Source: Nostoc punctiforme PCC 73102
GTDB taxonomy: Bacteria > Cyanobacteriota > Cyanobacteriia > Cyanobacteriales > Nostocaceae
Assembly (NCBI RefSeq): GCF_000020025.1
Contig: NC_010628.1
Span: 2,730,001-2,762,000 of the forward strand
DNA length: 32,000 nucleotides
Direction: 5' to 3'
Shown: positions 1-8,316 of the stretch, in pieces
How the letters are laid out: each line of letters opens with the position of its first letter
Numbering within the stretch: the first letter of the stretch is position 1
Notes under the pieces: generated by a model
Database searches by the model: none
Told to the model about the DNA's origin: nothing
What the model saw: only the letters and a program-made list of their open reading frames with translations
Translations under genes and position numbers: made by a program

Positions 1-333
1 AGCCACAGCATCCTCAACAGCTAATGTGCGCCCAATTTGCAAAACTGTGGCAATCAATCTACCATGCAGTGCATAAACACGAGGTGTATCTTCGGACATT
101 TCCAGACTACTCGCTAGAATAGTTTCAAACCCCTCTTGGCAAAAGGTAACAACCGTCCAATCAACTGCAATCAGTTCGCTGACTCCACAGGCAATGTTGT
201 GTAAATAGCTACCTATTTCACCAGTGCGATAGTTCAAAGAGGATAAACGTGCTATTATCTGCCGTTCGCGCTGCCAAGGCTGTTGCAACAACATTTCTTC
301 ATCATCGGCTTTGCTCATGGATGCTTGTTGCAT
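1..333 (-). CDS. GAF-type sensor domain protein, N-terminal part (gene runs off the window start)
   Basis: A minus-strand frame is open from position 1 to the ATG at 333 (alternative ATG at 318). Translation is MQQASMSKADDEEMLLQQPWQRERQIIARLSSLNYRTGEIGSYLHNIACGVSELIAVDWTVVTFCQEGFETILASSLEMSEDTPRVYALHGRLIATVLQIGRTLAVEDAVA, which resembles the start of GAF sensory domains in cyanobacterial signalling proteins. It is absent from the ORF track because it has no stop codon in the window. Confidence 0.45.
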   Translation of the reverse strand, partial: MQQASMSKADDEEMLLQQPWQRERQIIARLSSLNYRTGEIGSYLHNIACGVSELIAVDWTVVTFCQEGFETILASSLEMSEDTPRVYALHGRLIATVLQIGRTLAVEDAVA

Positions 334-909
334 GGTTTAGCAAAATAAGTTAAAAAATCAAATATTAAATATTGGATTTTCCAGGTATTAACTCTGCACA
401 TCCTAATAATTTTGATGGGGAAATTTTACTAGATAAATGTGCTATTTATGCAGAAAAAGTATGAATTTTTACTTAAATAAATGTAAATTTTTATAACAAA
501 TAGCAAGCGAAAATCAGGTTGGTTATGGTCAGTGAAGCGAAACAATCCTATAGCCTTAAGATAACTTGACTTTAGTCTGCTTTATTCACAATGACATAGT
601 TATAGTAAAAGTCAGAAGGGACACAAGGTCTTGTGCCTATACAGAAGTTTTGCTCTATATCTGGCTGGCTATAGATTTGAAAAATCATATCTGACAAAGT
701 GACGTATATTTTTTTACATTTAATTACTTGTAAGATAAAAATTTAAATTTTGCTGAGAAATCTGTAAGAAGTTTCTAAGGGAAATATCAGTTTTTTAGAT
801 ATCAATCCTTATCTATTCATAATTATTAGATAAATTATTTAAGCAATAATCAGTTTAAAGTTCAAGCTAACAGCTATATTGCTGATTGAAGCATTGAGGA
901 ATTGAAATT

Positions 910-1440
910 ATGAAATTAAGACATTTATTAATACTGGGCTTGTCTTCTCTTGTCATGGTTGGCTGCGTCCCCGAAGTCTCAAAGAACCAGGCTAATGAAA
1001 GTCCTATAGCTGTGAATGCCTCTGTTCCCGTGTCTTCAACTCAGGCGAAACCGTTAGCCAACTCAGCACAATCTCCAGATTCAACTGCTATTAAGTCAGG
1101 CACATTTGTTTCTGGAGAACAAAAAACTCAAGGGAAAGTTAATATTACCACTAAAGACGGCAAATCATTTCTAGAGCTTGATGAGTCATTTAAGACTTCT
1201 GAATCAGGGCCAGATTTAGTAGTAATTTTGCATCGTTCAGATAACGTGATTAATTCAACTAAGCCACCATCGTATCCTTTAAAAAACGGAGATTATTTTA
1301 TCATAGCTCCGTTACAAAAATATAGTGGCGCTCAAACATATTCTATTCCTCAAAATATCAATTTAGCAGACTATAAATCTGCCGCTATCTGGTGTCGCAA
1401 GTTTAATGCTACTTTTGGCGCTGCTAGTTTGAGTCAGTAA
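910..1440 (+). CDS. DM13-domain lipoprotein (electron-transfer-associated domain)
   Basis: 176-aa ORF. The N-terminal signal has a lipobox-like VMVGC. The C-terminal half (SGTFVSGEQKTQGKVNI...GPDLVVILH...AAIWCRKFNATFGAASL) fits my recollection of the DM13 domain pattern. Confidence 0.65.
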   Translation: MKLRHLLILGLSSLVMVGCVPEVSKNQANESPIAVNASVPVSSTQAKPLANSAQSPDSTAIKSGTFVSGEQKTQGKVNITTKDGKSFLELDESFKTSESGPDLVVILHRSDNVINSTKPPSYPLKNGDYFIIAPLQKYSGAQTYSIPQNINLADYKSAAIWCRKFNATFGAASLSQ

Positions 1441-1483
1441 ATATTAACCAACAACTGAAAAATCAATCACTAGGAGAAAGTTT

Positions 1484-2281
1484 ATGAAACTAGAAGGAAA
1501 AGTTGCCCTAGTAACTGGGAGCAGTCAAGGAATTGGACAGGGAATTGTTCTCGGTCTAGCTCAAGCAGGGGCAAATGTGGTAATTAACTATCGTTCTCAC
1601 CCAGAAGGAGCAGAGGATACTTTAGCAAAGGTGGAGGCGATTGGTGGTAATTGTCACATAGCTCAGTGTCCAAAATCTCATGGTTATACAGTTCAGGCAG
1701 ATTTGGGCAGTGTCGATGAAGTACGCCAACTGATTGCAGAAAGTATTAACCATTTCGGCAAGCTAGATATTTTGGTAAATAATGCTGGCATTGAAAAACA
1801 CGCACCATTTTGGGATGTCACAGAAGCAGATTACGACGCTGTAATGAATGTCAATTTAAAAGGTGTTTTCTTTGCCACTCAAGCTTTTGTACAACACCTG
1901 ATTGAAACTAAAAGAACGGGAAAAATTATTAATATTAGTTCGGTGCATGAAGAACTACCATTTCCCAATTTCACAGCTTACTGTGCTAGCAAAGGCGGAA
2001 TGAAAATGCTTGCTCGTAACTTAGCTGTTGAGTTGGGTGCTTTGGGAATCACGATTAATAATGTTGCGCCAGGAGCAATAGAAACTCCGATTAATACTAA
2101 GCTGTTGAATGACCCAGAAAAGTTGGGTGCGCTATTAAAAAATATTCCACTTGGTCGCTTGGGTCAACCGCAAGATGTTGCTTCTTTAGTGGCGTTTCTG
2201 GCTTCTGATGATGCTGACTACATTACAGGTAGCACTTTCTTTGTAGATGGTGGACTACTTTGGAATTATCAAGAACAGTAG
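1484..2281 (+). CDS. Short-chain dehydrogenase/reductase, glucose 1-dehydrogenase-like
   Basis: 265-aa ORF with the TGSSQGIG cofactor motif, NNAG, the catalytic S...YCASK and a PGAIETPIN segment. It is collinear with Bacillus-type glucose 1-dehydrogenase from memory. AGGAG lies upstream of the ATG. Confidence 0.85.
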   Translation: MKLEGKVALVTGSSQGIGQGIVLGLAQAGANVVINYRSHPEGAEDTLAKVEAIGGNCHIAQCPKSHGYTVQADLGSVDEVRQLIAESINHFGKLDILVNNAGIEKHAPFWDVTEADYDAVMNVNLKGVFFATQAFVQHLIETKRTGKIINISSVHEELPFPNFTAYCASKGGMKMLARNLAVELGALGITINNVAPGAIETPINTKLLNDPEKLGALLKNIPLGRLGQPQDVASLVAFLASDDADYITGSTFFVDGGLLWNYQEQ

Positions 2282-2293
2282 GGAGGAAAAACT

Positions 2294-3007
2294 ATGTCAG
2301 ATTCATCCTTATTTATTCCAGTTATCCTTGGTACTTCTCGTCAAGGTCGCCAGAGTGAACACGTTGCTAAATTTATCGTTGAGCAGGTTGCAGCACGCGA
2401 TCGCCTAGAAACTGAATTGATCGATATTAGAAATATAGCGATCGCTAATGATAATGCAGGTGAACCACTCAAAGACCCTCAATTTTCTGCAACTATGGAA
2501 CGGGCAGATGGATTAATTATCGTTGTACCAGAATATAACCACGGTTATCCGGGTTTACTCAAACACATACTTGACACCTGCCTTAAAGAATACATTCATA
2601 AAGCCGTTGGACTGTGCGGCGTTTCCGCAGGCCCCTTTGGTGGTACAAGGGTAATCCAAAACCTCTTACCTGTGATGCGGGAGTTGGGGCTAATGACTAT
2701 TTTCTATGACCTCAACTTTAGCAACGTTCAAAAACTATTTGATGAGTCGGGTAATTTGATTGACAAACCAACCTACATTCGCCGCATGGAAAAGTTTATG
2801 GACGAGTTAGTTTGGATGTCAACTGTCCTGAAATATGGGCGACAAGAAGTCAGCCTGGAGAAGAAAGATAGTATCCAAGTTAACACCCATGCCAGTAAAC
2901 CCTGCCCGGAAATAGCTGCGCGGATGGGTGCAGATGCAATGGATACCGTCCTGCAAGTAAGTCGTAATGCCCAGACTGGTGAGGTGAAAGCTACCCCAGT
3001 TACTTAA
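2294..3007 (+). CDS. NADPH-dependent FMN reductase family protein with a ~50-aa C-terminal extension
   Basis: 237-aa ORF starting 12 bp after the SDR stop, so probably in the same operon. The N-terminus IPVILGTSRQGRQSEHVAKF and PEYNHGYPGLLKHILD are typical of the NADPH-dependent FMN reductase fold. Confidence 0.75.
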   Translation: MSDSSLFIPVILGTSRQGRQSEHVAKFIVEQVAARDRLETELIDIRNIAIANDNAGEPLKDPQFSATMERADGLIIVVPEYNHGYPGLLKHILDTCLKEYIHKAVGLCGVSAGPFGGTRVIQNLLPVMRELGLMTIFYDLNFSNVQKLFDESGNLIDKPTYIRRMEKFMDELVWMSTVLKYGRQEVSLEKKDSIQVNTHASKPCPEIAARMGADAMDTVLQVSRNAQTGEVKATPVT

Positions 3008-3030
3008 GTTCCAATTTTGCTTGACTCTAG

Positions 3031-3160
3031 AACACCGATTCAGTAATAAAAAACGAGACTGAGATATCCAATTTTTACGCCTTTTAAAACCAAATTTTCG
3101 TTGTTACAACCCAAATAAACCGAGCTTTTTCGTCATAACTCTAAATACTAAATCGGTGTT
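3031..3160. repeat. MITE-like element with 15-bp terminal inverted repeats
   Basis: AACACCGATTCAGTA (3031-3045) matches the reverse complement of TACTAAATCGGTGTT (3146-3160) at 14 of 15 positions. The element spans 130 bp of intergenic DNA. The TIR resembles that of the element at 11076-11176. Confidence 0.4.
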
Positions 3161-3371
3161 ATAGCGCCCTTGAAAATAGGGAAAATCAATAAAATTTTGT
3201 AATTATGCCACTCTCTTATAGACATCTCCGAAAATGAATGTAAAAGCCTTGTGTATTCAGAGCCAATACCCCATTTCTGGAGATTTATTATGCACAATCC
3301 GAGATTTTCAGTGCGTTAGGACTAATATCCATAACGCACCCTACTACCTTGGAACTATCAAGAGCAATAGT

Positions 3372-3404
3372 AATTACGAATTACGAATTACGAATTACGA
3401 ATTA
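3372..3404. repeat. Heptamer tandem repeat (AATTACG) x4 plus a partial copy
   Basis: Read directly: aattacg aattacg aattacg aattacg aatta. It ends 2 nt before the ATG of the MIP gene. The same heptamer recurs at 14058-14078. Confidence 0.9.
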
Positions 3405-3406
3405 TT

Positions 3407-4237
3407 ATGATGCAGACACTACGGAAACATTATCCAGAATACTTGATGGAAGCTGCGGGACTGGGGATATTTCTAATTTCTGCTGTGGTGGTGACTACCT
3501 TGTTAGAACATCCAGCTTCACCAATTCCACAAGCAATTTCTGACCCACTTTTACGACGGTTTATCATTGGCGTGGCGATGGGATTAATCGCTATTTGTAT
3601 TATTTATTCTCCTTGGGGTAAACAATCAGGCGCACATCTCAATCCGGTTGTCACCTTCACTTTCTTTCGTCTTGGCAAAATTCAACCGTGGGATGTTATT
3701 TTTTACATCCTGGCTCACTTTATAGGTGGATTACTAGGATTGCTGTTTGCTGTTGTGGTGTTTAGAGATGCAGTTACCAATCCATCTATAAATTATATTG
3801 TCACAATTCCTGGTGCGGGTGGTGCAGGTGTGGCATTTTTGGCTGAACTAGTGATTTCTTTTGGAGTAATGCTGATGATTTTGTTTGCATCCAATACCCC
3901 CAAACTAGCACCATTTACAGGCATATTTGCAGGAGTAATGATTGCAACTTACATCACGGTAGAAGCACCATTGTCAGGTACGAGCATGAACCCAGCCCGT
4001 ACCCTAGCATCGGCAATTCCATCTCACAATTGGACAGCCATCTGGGTTTATTTCACTGCACCACTCTTAGGGATGCTCTTAGCAGCCGAACTTTATATCA
4101 GGCTGAAAGGAAAAAGGGCTGTAAGATGCGCTAAACTCCATCACCACAACAACAAACGTTGTATCTTTCGCTGTGGTTATCGTCACCCAGAAGTAGATAA
4201 AAGATGGTTGTTAAGCGACAAGTTACCTAATCCCTAG
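3407..4237 (+). CDS. MIP/aquaporin-family channel with a Cys/His-rich C-terminal tail
   Basis: 276-aa ORF with six hydrophobic segments. The first signature box is HLNPVVT (NPV instead of NPA) and the second is SMNPARTL. The tail is RCAKLHHHNNKRCIFRCGYRH. The alternative start is the ATG at 3410. Confidence 0.85.
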   Translation: MMQTLRKHYPEYLMEAAGLGIFLISAVVVTTLLEHPASPIPQAISDPLLRRFIIGVAMGLIAICIIYSPWGKQSGAHLNPVVTFTFFRLGKIQPWDVIFYILAHFIGGLLGLLFAVVVFRDAVTNPSINYIVTIPGAGGAGVAFLAELVISFGVMLMILFASNTPKLAPFTGIFAGVMIATYITVEAPLSGTSMNPARTLASAIPSHNWTAIWVYFTAPLLGMLLAAELYIRLKGKRAVRCAKLHHHNNKRCIFRCGYRHPEVDKRWLLSDKLPNP

Positions 4238-4269
4238 TCAATACAGTAAATGATAAGGAGGAAATCACC

Positions 4270-4761
4270 ATGACAGTTAATCTCCAAGGAATATTACAGC
4301 AACCAGGACAAGGTTCTTCTTATTGGGTGCTTGGGGATTTGTACACTTTCAAGGCAGTAGGTGAAAATACTAGTCAAGCCTACGCTCTATTTGAAATTAC
4401 CGTTCAACCACAAAGTGGTACACCTCCCCATATACATAGTCACGAAGATGAAGCTTTTTATATTCAAGAGGGAGAATTAGAATTTCAGCTTAATGAGCAA
4501 ATAGTTTTAGCAACTCCTGGAACCTTTCTTCATTCTCCTAAAGGTCAACTTCACAGGTTTACAAACATCAGTTTAGAGCCAGTAAAATTGTTGTGCTGGG
4601 TAACGCCGGCAGGGTTAGAGAAGTTTTTCATAGAAGTGGGTGTGCCAGTTTCAGAGAGGATTTCATCACCTACTGTCAGTCCCACAGACATCGAAAAAGT
4701 TTTGGCTGCGGCTCCGAGGTATGGTCTTGAAATTATTCCTCCACCTGCTGAATCTTCGTAG
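4270..4761 (+). CDS. Cupin-domain protein
   Basis: 163-aa ORF with a GTPPHIHSHEDEAFYIQEGELEF motif (G-x5-HxH-x3,4-E-x6-G type). GGAGG lies upstream. It starts 32 bp after the MIP gene. Confidence 0.7.
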   Translation: MTVNLQGILQQPGQGSSYWVLGDLYTFKAVGENTSQAYALFEITVQPQSGTPPHIHSHEDEAFYIQEGELEFQLNEQIVLATPGTFLHSPKGQLHRFTNISLEPVKLLCWVTPAGLEKFFIEVGVPVSERISSPTVSPTDIEKVLAAAPRYGLEIIPPPAESS

Positions 4762-4803
4762 ATATAGTCCAACATCACTAAAAGTATTAGACAGGAAACA
4801 ACG

Positions 4804-6123
4804 ATGCTAGAAAGTCTGGGAAGAATTAAGAATCCATTAGTCAGAAGTATAGCCGCAGCAGCTACAGTTAGTTCAGTAATTACCTTATCTGCTGCTGTTG
4901 TAATTGGAGTAAGCAATGCCAAAGCTAAATCTGCCTATCAATTTGGTGTCTATTCCTCGCTGTTTGGAACAGCTAGTGGTGCAGTATTTGGCTTAGTTTA
5001 TACAAACAAAGCAAGTGGAAACAAATCTACTCCAGACCTCAAAACATTAGATAGTCATGTTTGGCAAGATTGGCGAAATTTTGTTGTTGTTCGTAAGGTG
5101 AAAGAGAGCGAAGAAATTACCTCTTTCTATTTACAACCTGAAGATAAAGGGGAAATTACCAACTTTCAACCAGGTCAATTTTTAACCATCAAACTTGATA
5201 TACCTGGACAGGATAAGCCTGTAATTCGTACTTACTCGCTTTCAGATTATCCTGAAAACTGTGAATACTATCGCCTCTCAATTAAGCGGGAACCTGCACC
5301 GAACGGATTAGATGTTATGCCTGGTATAGCATCTAATTTTATGCACGATCGCATTCAAGAAGGTTCAGTAATTTTAGCAAAACCACCAAACGGTAAATTT
5401 GTTTTAGATGTGCAGAAATCTATCCCCGCAGTGTTGATTAGCAATGGGGTGGGGATTACGCCAATGATTAGTATGGCGAAAGCTTGTAGTCTTCTTAATC
5501 CTACTCGTCCTATTTGGTTTGTACATGGTGCTAGAGACGGTAAATTCCATGCTTTTCGGGATGAAGTGAGGGAAATTTCTCGACAAAATCATAATCTGAA
5601 TGTGCATTTTCGCTATAGTCGTCCTACACCTGAAGATAGAGGTAAATACCACAGTGTTGGTTATGTTGATGCTGCTCTGATTCAAGAGTTAGTACGACAA
5701 GAAGCTGAGTATTTTCTGTGTGGTTCTCCATCTTTTATGCAGTCCATAATGCAAGGATTAAAAGAATCGGGAGTACCTGACAGTAGAGTATTCTTTGAAT
5801 CTTTCGGTAAACCGATGAAAAGTGTGTCTGAGAAACAAACTCAAACGGTAACTGGAGATGATAAATTTGCAGAAATTGTCTTTGCCAAATCTGGCAAAAC
5901 TTTGACATGGCAACCTAGTGATGGCACTATCCTAGAATTTGCCGAAGCCAATGATATTAATCCACCTTTTAGTTGTCGTGTAGGTGTTTGCGGTACTTGT
6001 ATGTGTAAAATCCGCGAAGGTGTAGTTGCTTACCAAGAAGAACCAACTGCAACAACTGATCAGGGTTCGGTGTTGATTTGTATTTCTCAACCTGGAACGT
6101 CAAAATTGGTGTTGGATATTTAA
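4804..6123 (+). CDS. Membrane-anchored FNR-type FAD/NAD(P)H oxidoreductase fused to a C-terminal plant-type 2Fe-2S ferredoxin domain
   Basis: 439-aa ORF with two N-terminal hydrophobic segments. It carries an RTYSLSD FAD motif, an ISNGVGITP NAD(P)H motif and the C-terminal cysteines CRVGVCGTCMC...LICISQ. Confidence 0.8.
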   Translation: MLESLGRIKNPLVRSIAAAATVSSVITLSAAVVIGVSNAKAKSAYQFGVYSSLFGTASGAVFGLVYTNKASGNKSTPDLKTLDSHVWQDWRNFVVVRKVKESEEITSFYLQPEDKGEITNFQPGQFLTIKLDIPGQDKPVIRTYSLSDYPENCEYYRLSIKREPAPNGLDVMPGIASNFMHDRIQEGSVILAKPPNGKFVLDVQKSIPAVLISNGVGITPMISMAKACSLLNPTRPIWFVHGARDGKFHAFRDEVREISRQNHNLNVHFRYSRPTPEDRGKYHSVGYVDAALIQELVRQEAEYFLCGSPSFMQSIMQGLKESGVPDSRVFFESFGKPMKSVSEKQTQTVTGDDKFAEIVFAKSGKTLTWQPSDGTILEFAEANDINPPFSCRVGVCGTCMCKIREGVVAYQEEPTATTDQGSVLICISQPGTSKLVLDI

Positions 6124-6212
6124 TAAATTCCTCTAATAATCAAGTAATATCAAGCATATTATCTATCAGGCTTAATATCGGTACAAAATTTTATTAGAGG
6201 AGATATGAAATT

Positions 6213-6860
6213 GTGCAAGTTATCTCAGTCAACGTAGGACTTCCCCGTGAAGTGCTTTGGAAGGGCAAAACAGTTACAACTGGGATTTTTAAAGAACCAG
6301 TTGAGGGACGAGTGATGATGCGATCGCTCAACTTAGATGGAGATAGACAAGCTGATTTGAGTGTCCACGGGGGGAAAGACAAGGCAGTTTATGCTTATCC
6401 ATTCGAGCATTACGACTATTGGCGGCGCAAGTTACCTGACATGGATTTGCCTTGGGGAATGTTTGGTGAAAACCTTACTACAGTTGGGCTGTTAGAGGAT
6501 GAGGTTAATATTGGCGATCGCTTTCGGATTGGTAGCGCAGAGGTAATGGTGACTCAACCTCGAATGCCTTGTTATAAACTGGGAGTCAAGTTTGGACGGG
6601 CTGATATAGTTAAACAGTTTTTAGATAGCCGCCTAACGGGGTTCTACTCTTCGGTGCTGCAAGAGGGTCAAGTCGGAAATGGTGATACTTTGTCGTTAAT
6701 CAGTCGAGACTCAAATAATGTCACTGTTGCTGATATTACCCGACTTTATGCACGGGAAACACACGACTTAGAACTCTTACACCGCGCCGTACAAGTTGAG
6801 GCTTTACCTACAGATTGGCGAGATTACTTTCAGCAGCAAATTGAAAAGTTTAAAAGATGA
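6213..6860 (+). CDS. MOSC-domain protein (YiiM-like)
   Basis: 215-aa ORF with a GTG start preceded by GGAG. MQVISVNVGLPREV..., GDRQADLSVHGGKDKAVYAY and VTQPRMPCYKLG are characteristic of the MOSC / 3-alpha domain family. Confidence 0.8.
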   Translation: MQVISVNVGLPREVLWKGKTVTTGIFKEPVEGRVMMRSLNLDGDRQADLSVHGGKDKAVYAYPFEHYDYWRRKLPDMDLPWGMFGENLTTVGLLEDEVNIGDRFRIGSAEVMVTQPRMPCYKLGVKFGRADIVKQFLDSRLTGFYSSVLQEGQVGNGDTLSLISRDSNNVTVADITRLYARETHDLELLHRAVQVEALPTDWRDYFQQQIEKFKR

Positions 6861-6963
6861 ATTTCATTAATGTTATAATTAGTAATAAAACGCTCTACTT
6901 CAAAAAAATTATTACTTGCGTTTCACTCTCATTTAGTTCGGTTATACTACTTCGCTACTGCAT

Positions 6964-8019
6964 TTAACTCTGCATTAAATATGCAGCAATCTCTCGATTG
7001 GCTATGCGTTGCATTTTAGTTTCTAAACTTTGTCTATCAATCGTTTCTATTGTGGCAAGTGAAGCACCTTTATCCTTCAACCATCTTTTAGCTGGTTCTG
7101 TAAAATATGACGTAGTTACGAAAAAGCCTTTATCAATTTTGTCTCCTGCTAAAGTTGCAACAAACTCCTTAACCTTTGGCTCTCCAACTGGATTAAGCTG
7201 TCTTTTAACTTGAACATAAGCAACTGTGGGAACACCGTCTATCTCTTGCCTTGCAATAATATCTTTACCTCCATCACGAGTTTTTTTCATCCTCTCAACA
7301 GTCCAACCTTCTTCAACAAAAATTGCAGATATAAAGTCTTCAAATTGATGGGGATCAAGTAAGTTTTCCATTAATATGTTTCTACGTAAAAAATAATTGC
7401 ATAATAAACCAGGAGAAAGCTTCGTGATACCAACTCTTTTTTTCAGTTGTTTTGATAAACCAGCTTTTTCTTCAACCAATTTCCCTAGTTGGCAGTCAGC
7501 ATTAAAAGGCAAAGTCCAAAGGAGCTTTCCCAGTGTTCTTGAATCAGCATTGGATGATTCCGTTATCTCTTGCTGTATATTTGCTGCTGTGTCACGAGTC
7601 CAATGATTTATTCGATAATTTTCTGTTCCATTTTCTGAGTATAAGTTAGAAGGATAAAACGCATAAGCTAGTTGCAAAATTTGAGTATTTTCTAAACATT
7701 TCTGCCATAGATTATGCAACATATCATCATATTTAAGCTTAATCATAGAATTAATCTCTGGAAAAAGCTTAAGCCACAAAAGTGCCATTTTTTCACGGTT
7801 ACAGGGATTTTCTAAGTTCAGTAAATCACTTCTTCGCAGAAAACGTAGTACTTCTATGGGAATATTATCTTCATCCTCATCAAGAATACGTTTCTCATAG
7901 GGATGAAAGCCAAGCATTAAATCAAACTGATCAGAAATTTCTGGATCAACAGCAAACGAAGCAGTTATTTCTACGTATTTATGTTTTTCTTGATCGATGT
8001 GTGATGAAAACTTTACCAT
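6964..8019 (-). CDS. Mrr-type (PD-(D/E)xK) restriction endonuclease domain protein with an unrecognised ~220-aa N-terminal region
   Basis: 351-aa ORF. The C-terminal 130 aa (FEDFISAIFVEEGWTVERMKKTRDGGKDIIARQ...VAYVQVKRQ...KVKEFVATL...GFFVTTSYFTEPA) fit the Mrr catalytic-core pattern. I do not recognise the N-terminal half. The gene and both flanks look more AT-rich than the neighbours by eye. Confidence 0.65.
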   Translation of the reverse strand: MVKFSSHIDQEKHKYVEITASFAVDPEISDQFDLMLGFHPYEKRILDEDEDNIPIEVLRFLRRSDLLNLENPCNREKMALLWLKLFPEINSMIKLKYDDMLHNLWQKCLENTQILQLAYAFYPSNLYSENGTENYRINHWTRDTAANIQQEITESSNADSRTLGKLLWTLPFNADCQLGKLVEEKAGLSKQLKKRVGITKLSPGLLCNYFLRRNILMENLLDPHQFEDFISAIFVEEGWTVERMKKTRDGGKDIIARQEIDGVPTVAYVQVKRQLNPVGEPKVKEFVATLAGDKIDKGFFVTTSYFTEPAKRWLKDKGASLATIETIDRQSLETKMQRIANREIAAYLMQS

Positions 8020-8316
8020 ACTTTACTCAGGACAAAACAATTAGAGGCTTTGATATATGTAACTATGATAAGTGATGCTTATCTATGTAGACAGTATCTC
8101 ATAGATAATATTCATTACAAGTACACTCTTATCAAAGTAAAACAGTTTAGATTACTAATAAAACTTAATATAAATTTTTCCTGAGTTTATCCTAGATTTT
8201 TATTTATCAATTCACCTAGCAAATTTTAATCAAAATATCAGCCCCATCTTTGATAAAAACGTGATACTCAATATAGCAAATTAATTAAAATAAAGTGCAG
8301 ATATGCAGAGGGTGAG

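Noticed and set aside
3349-3543. 64-aa ORF spanning the AATTACG heptamer repeat and the 5' end of the MIP gene
   Set aside because: Its translation is driven by the tandem repeat (ITNYELRITNY) and is out of frame with the well-supported aquaporin gene. No motif supports it.
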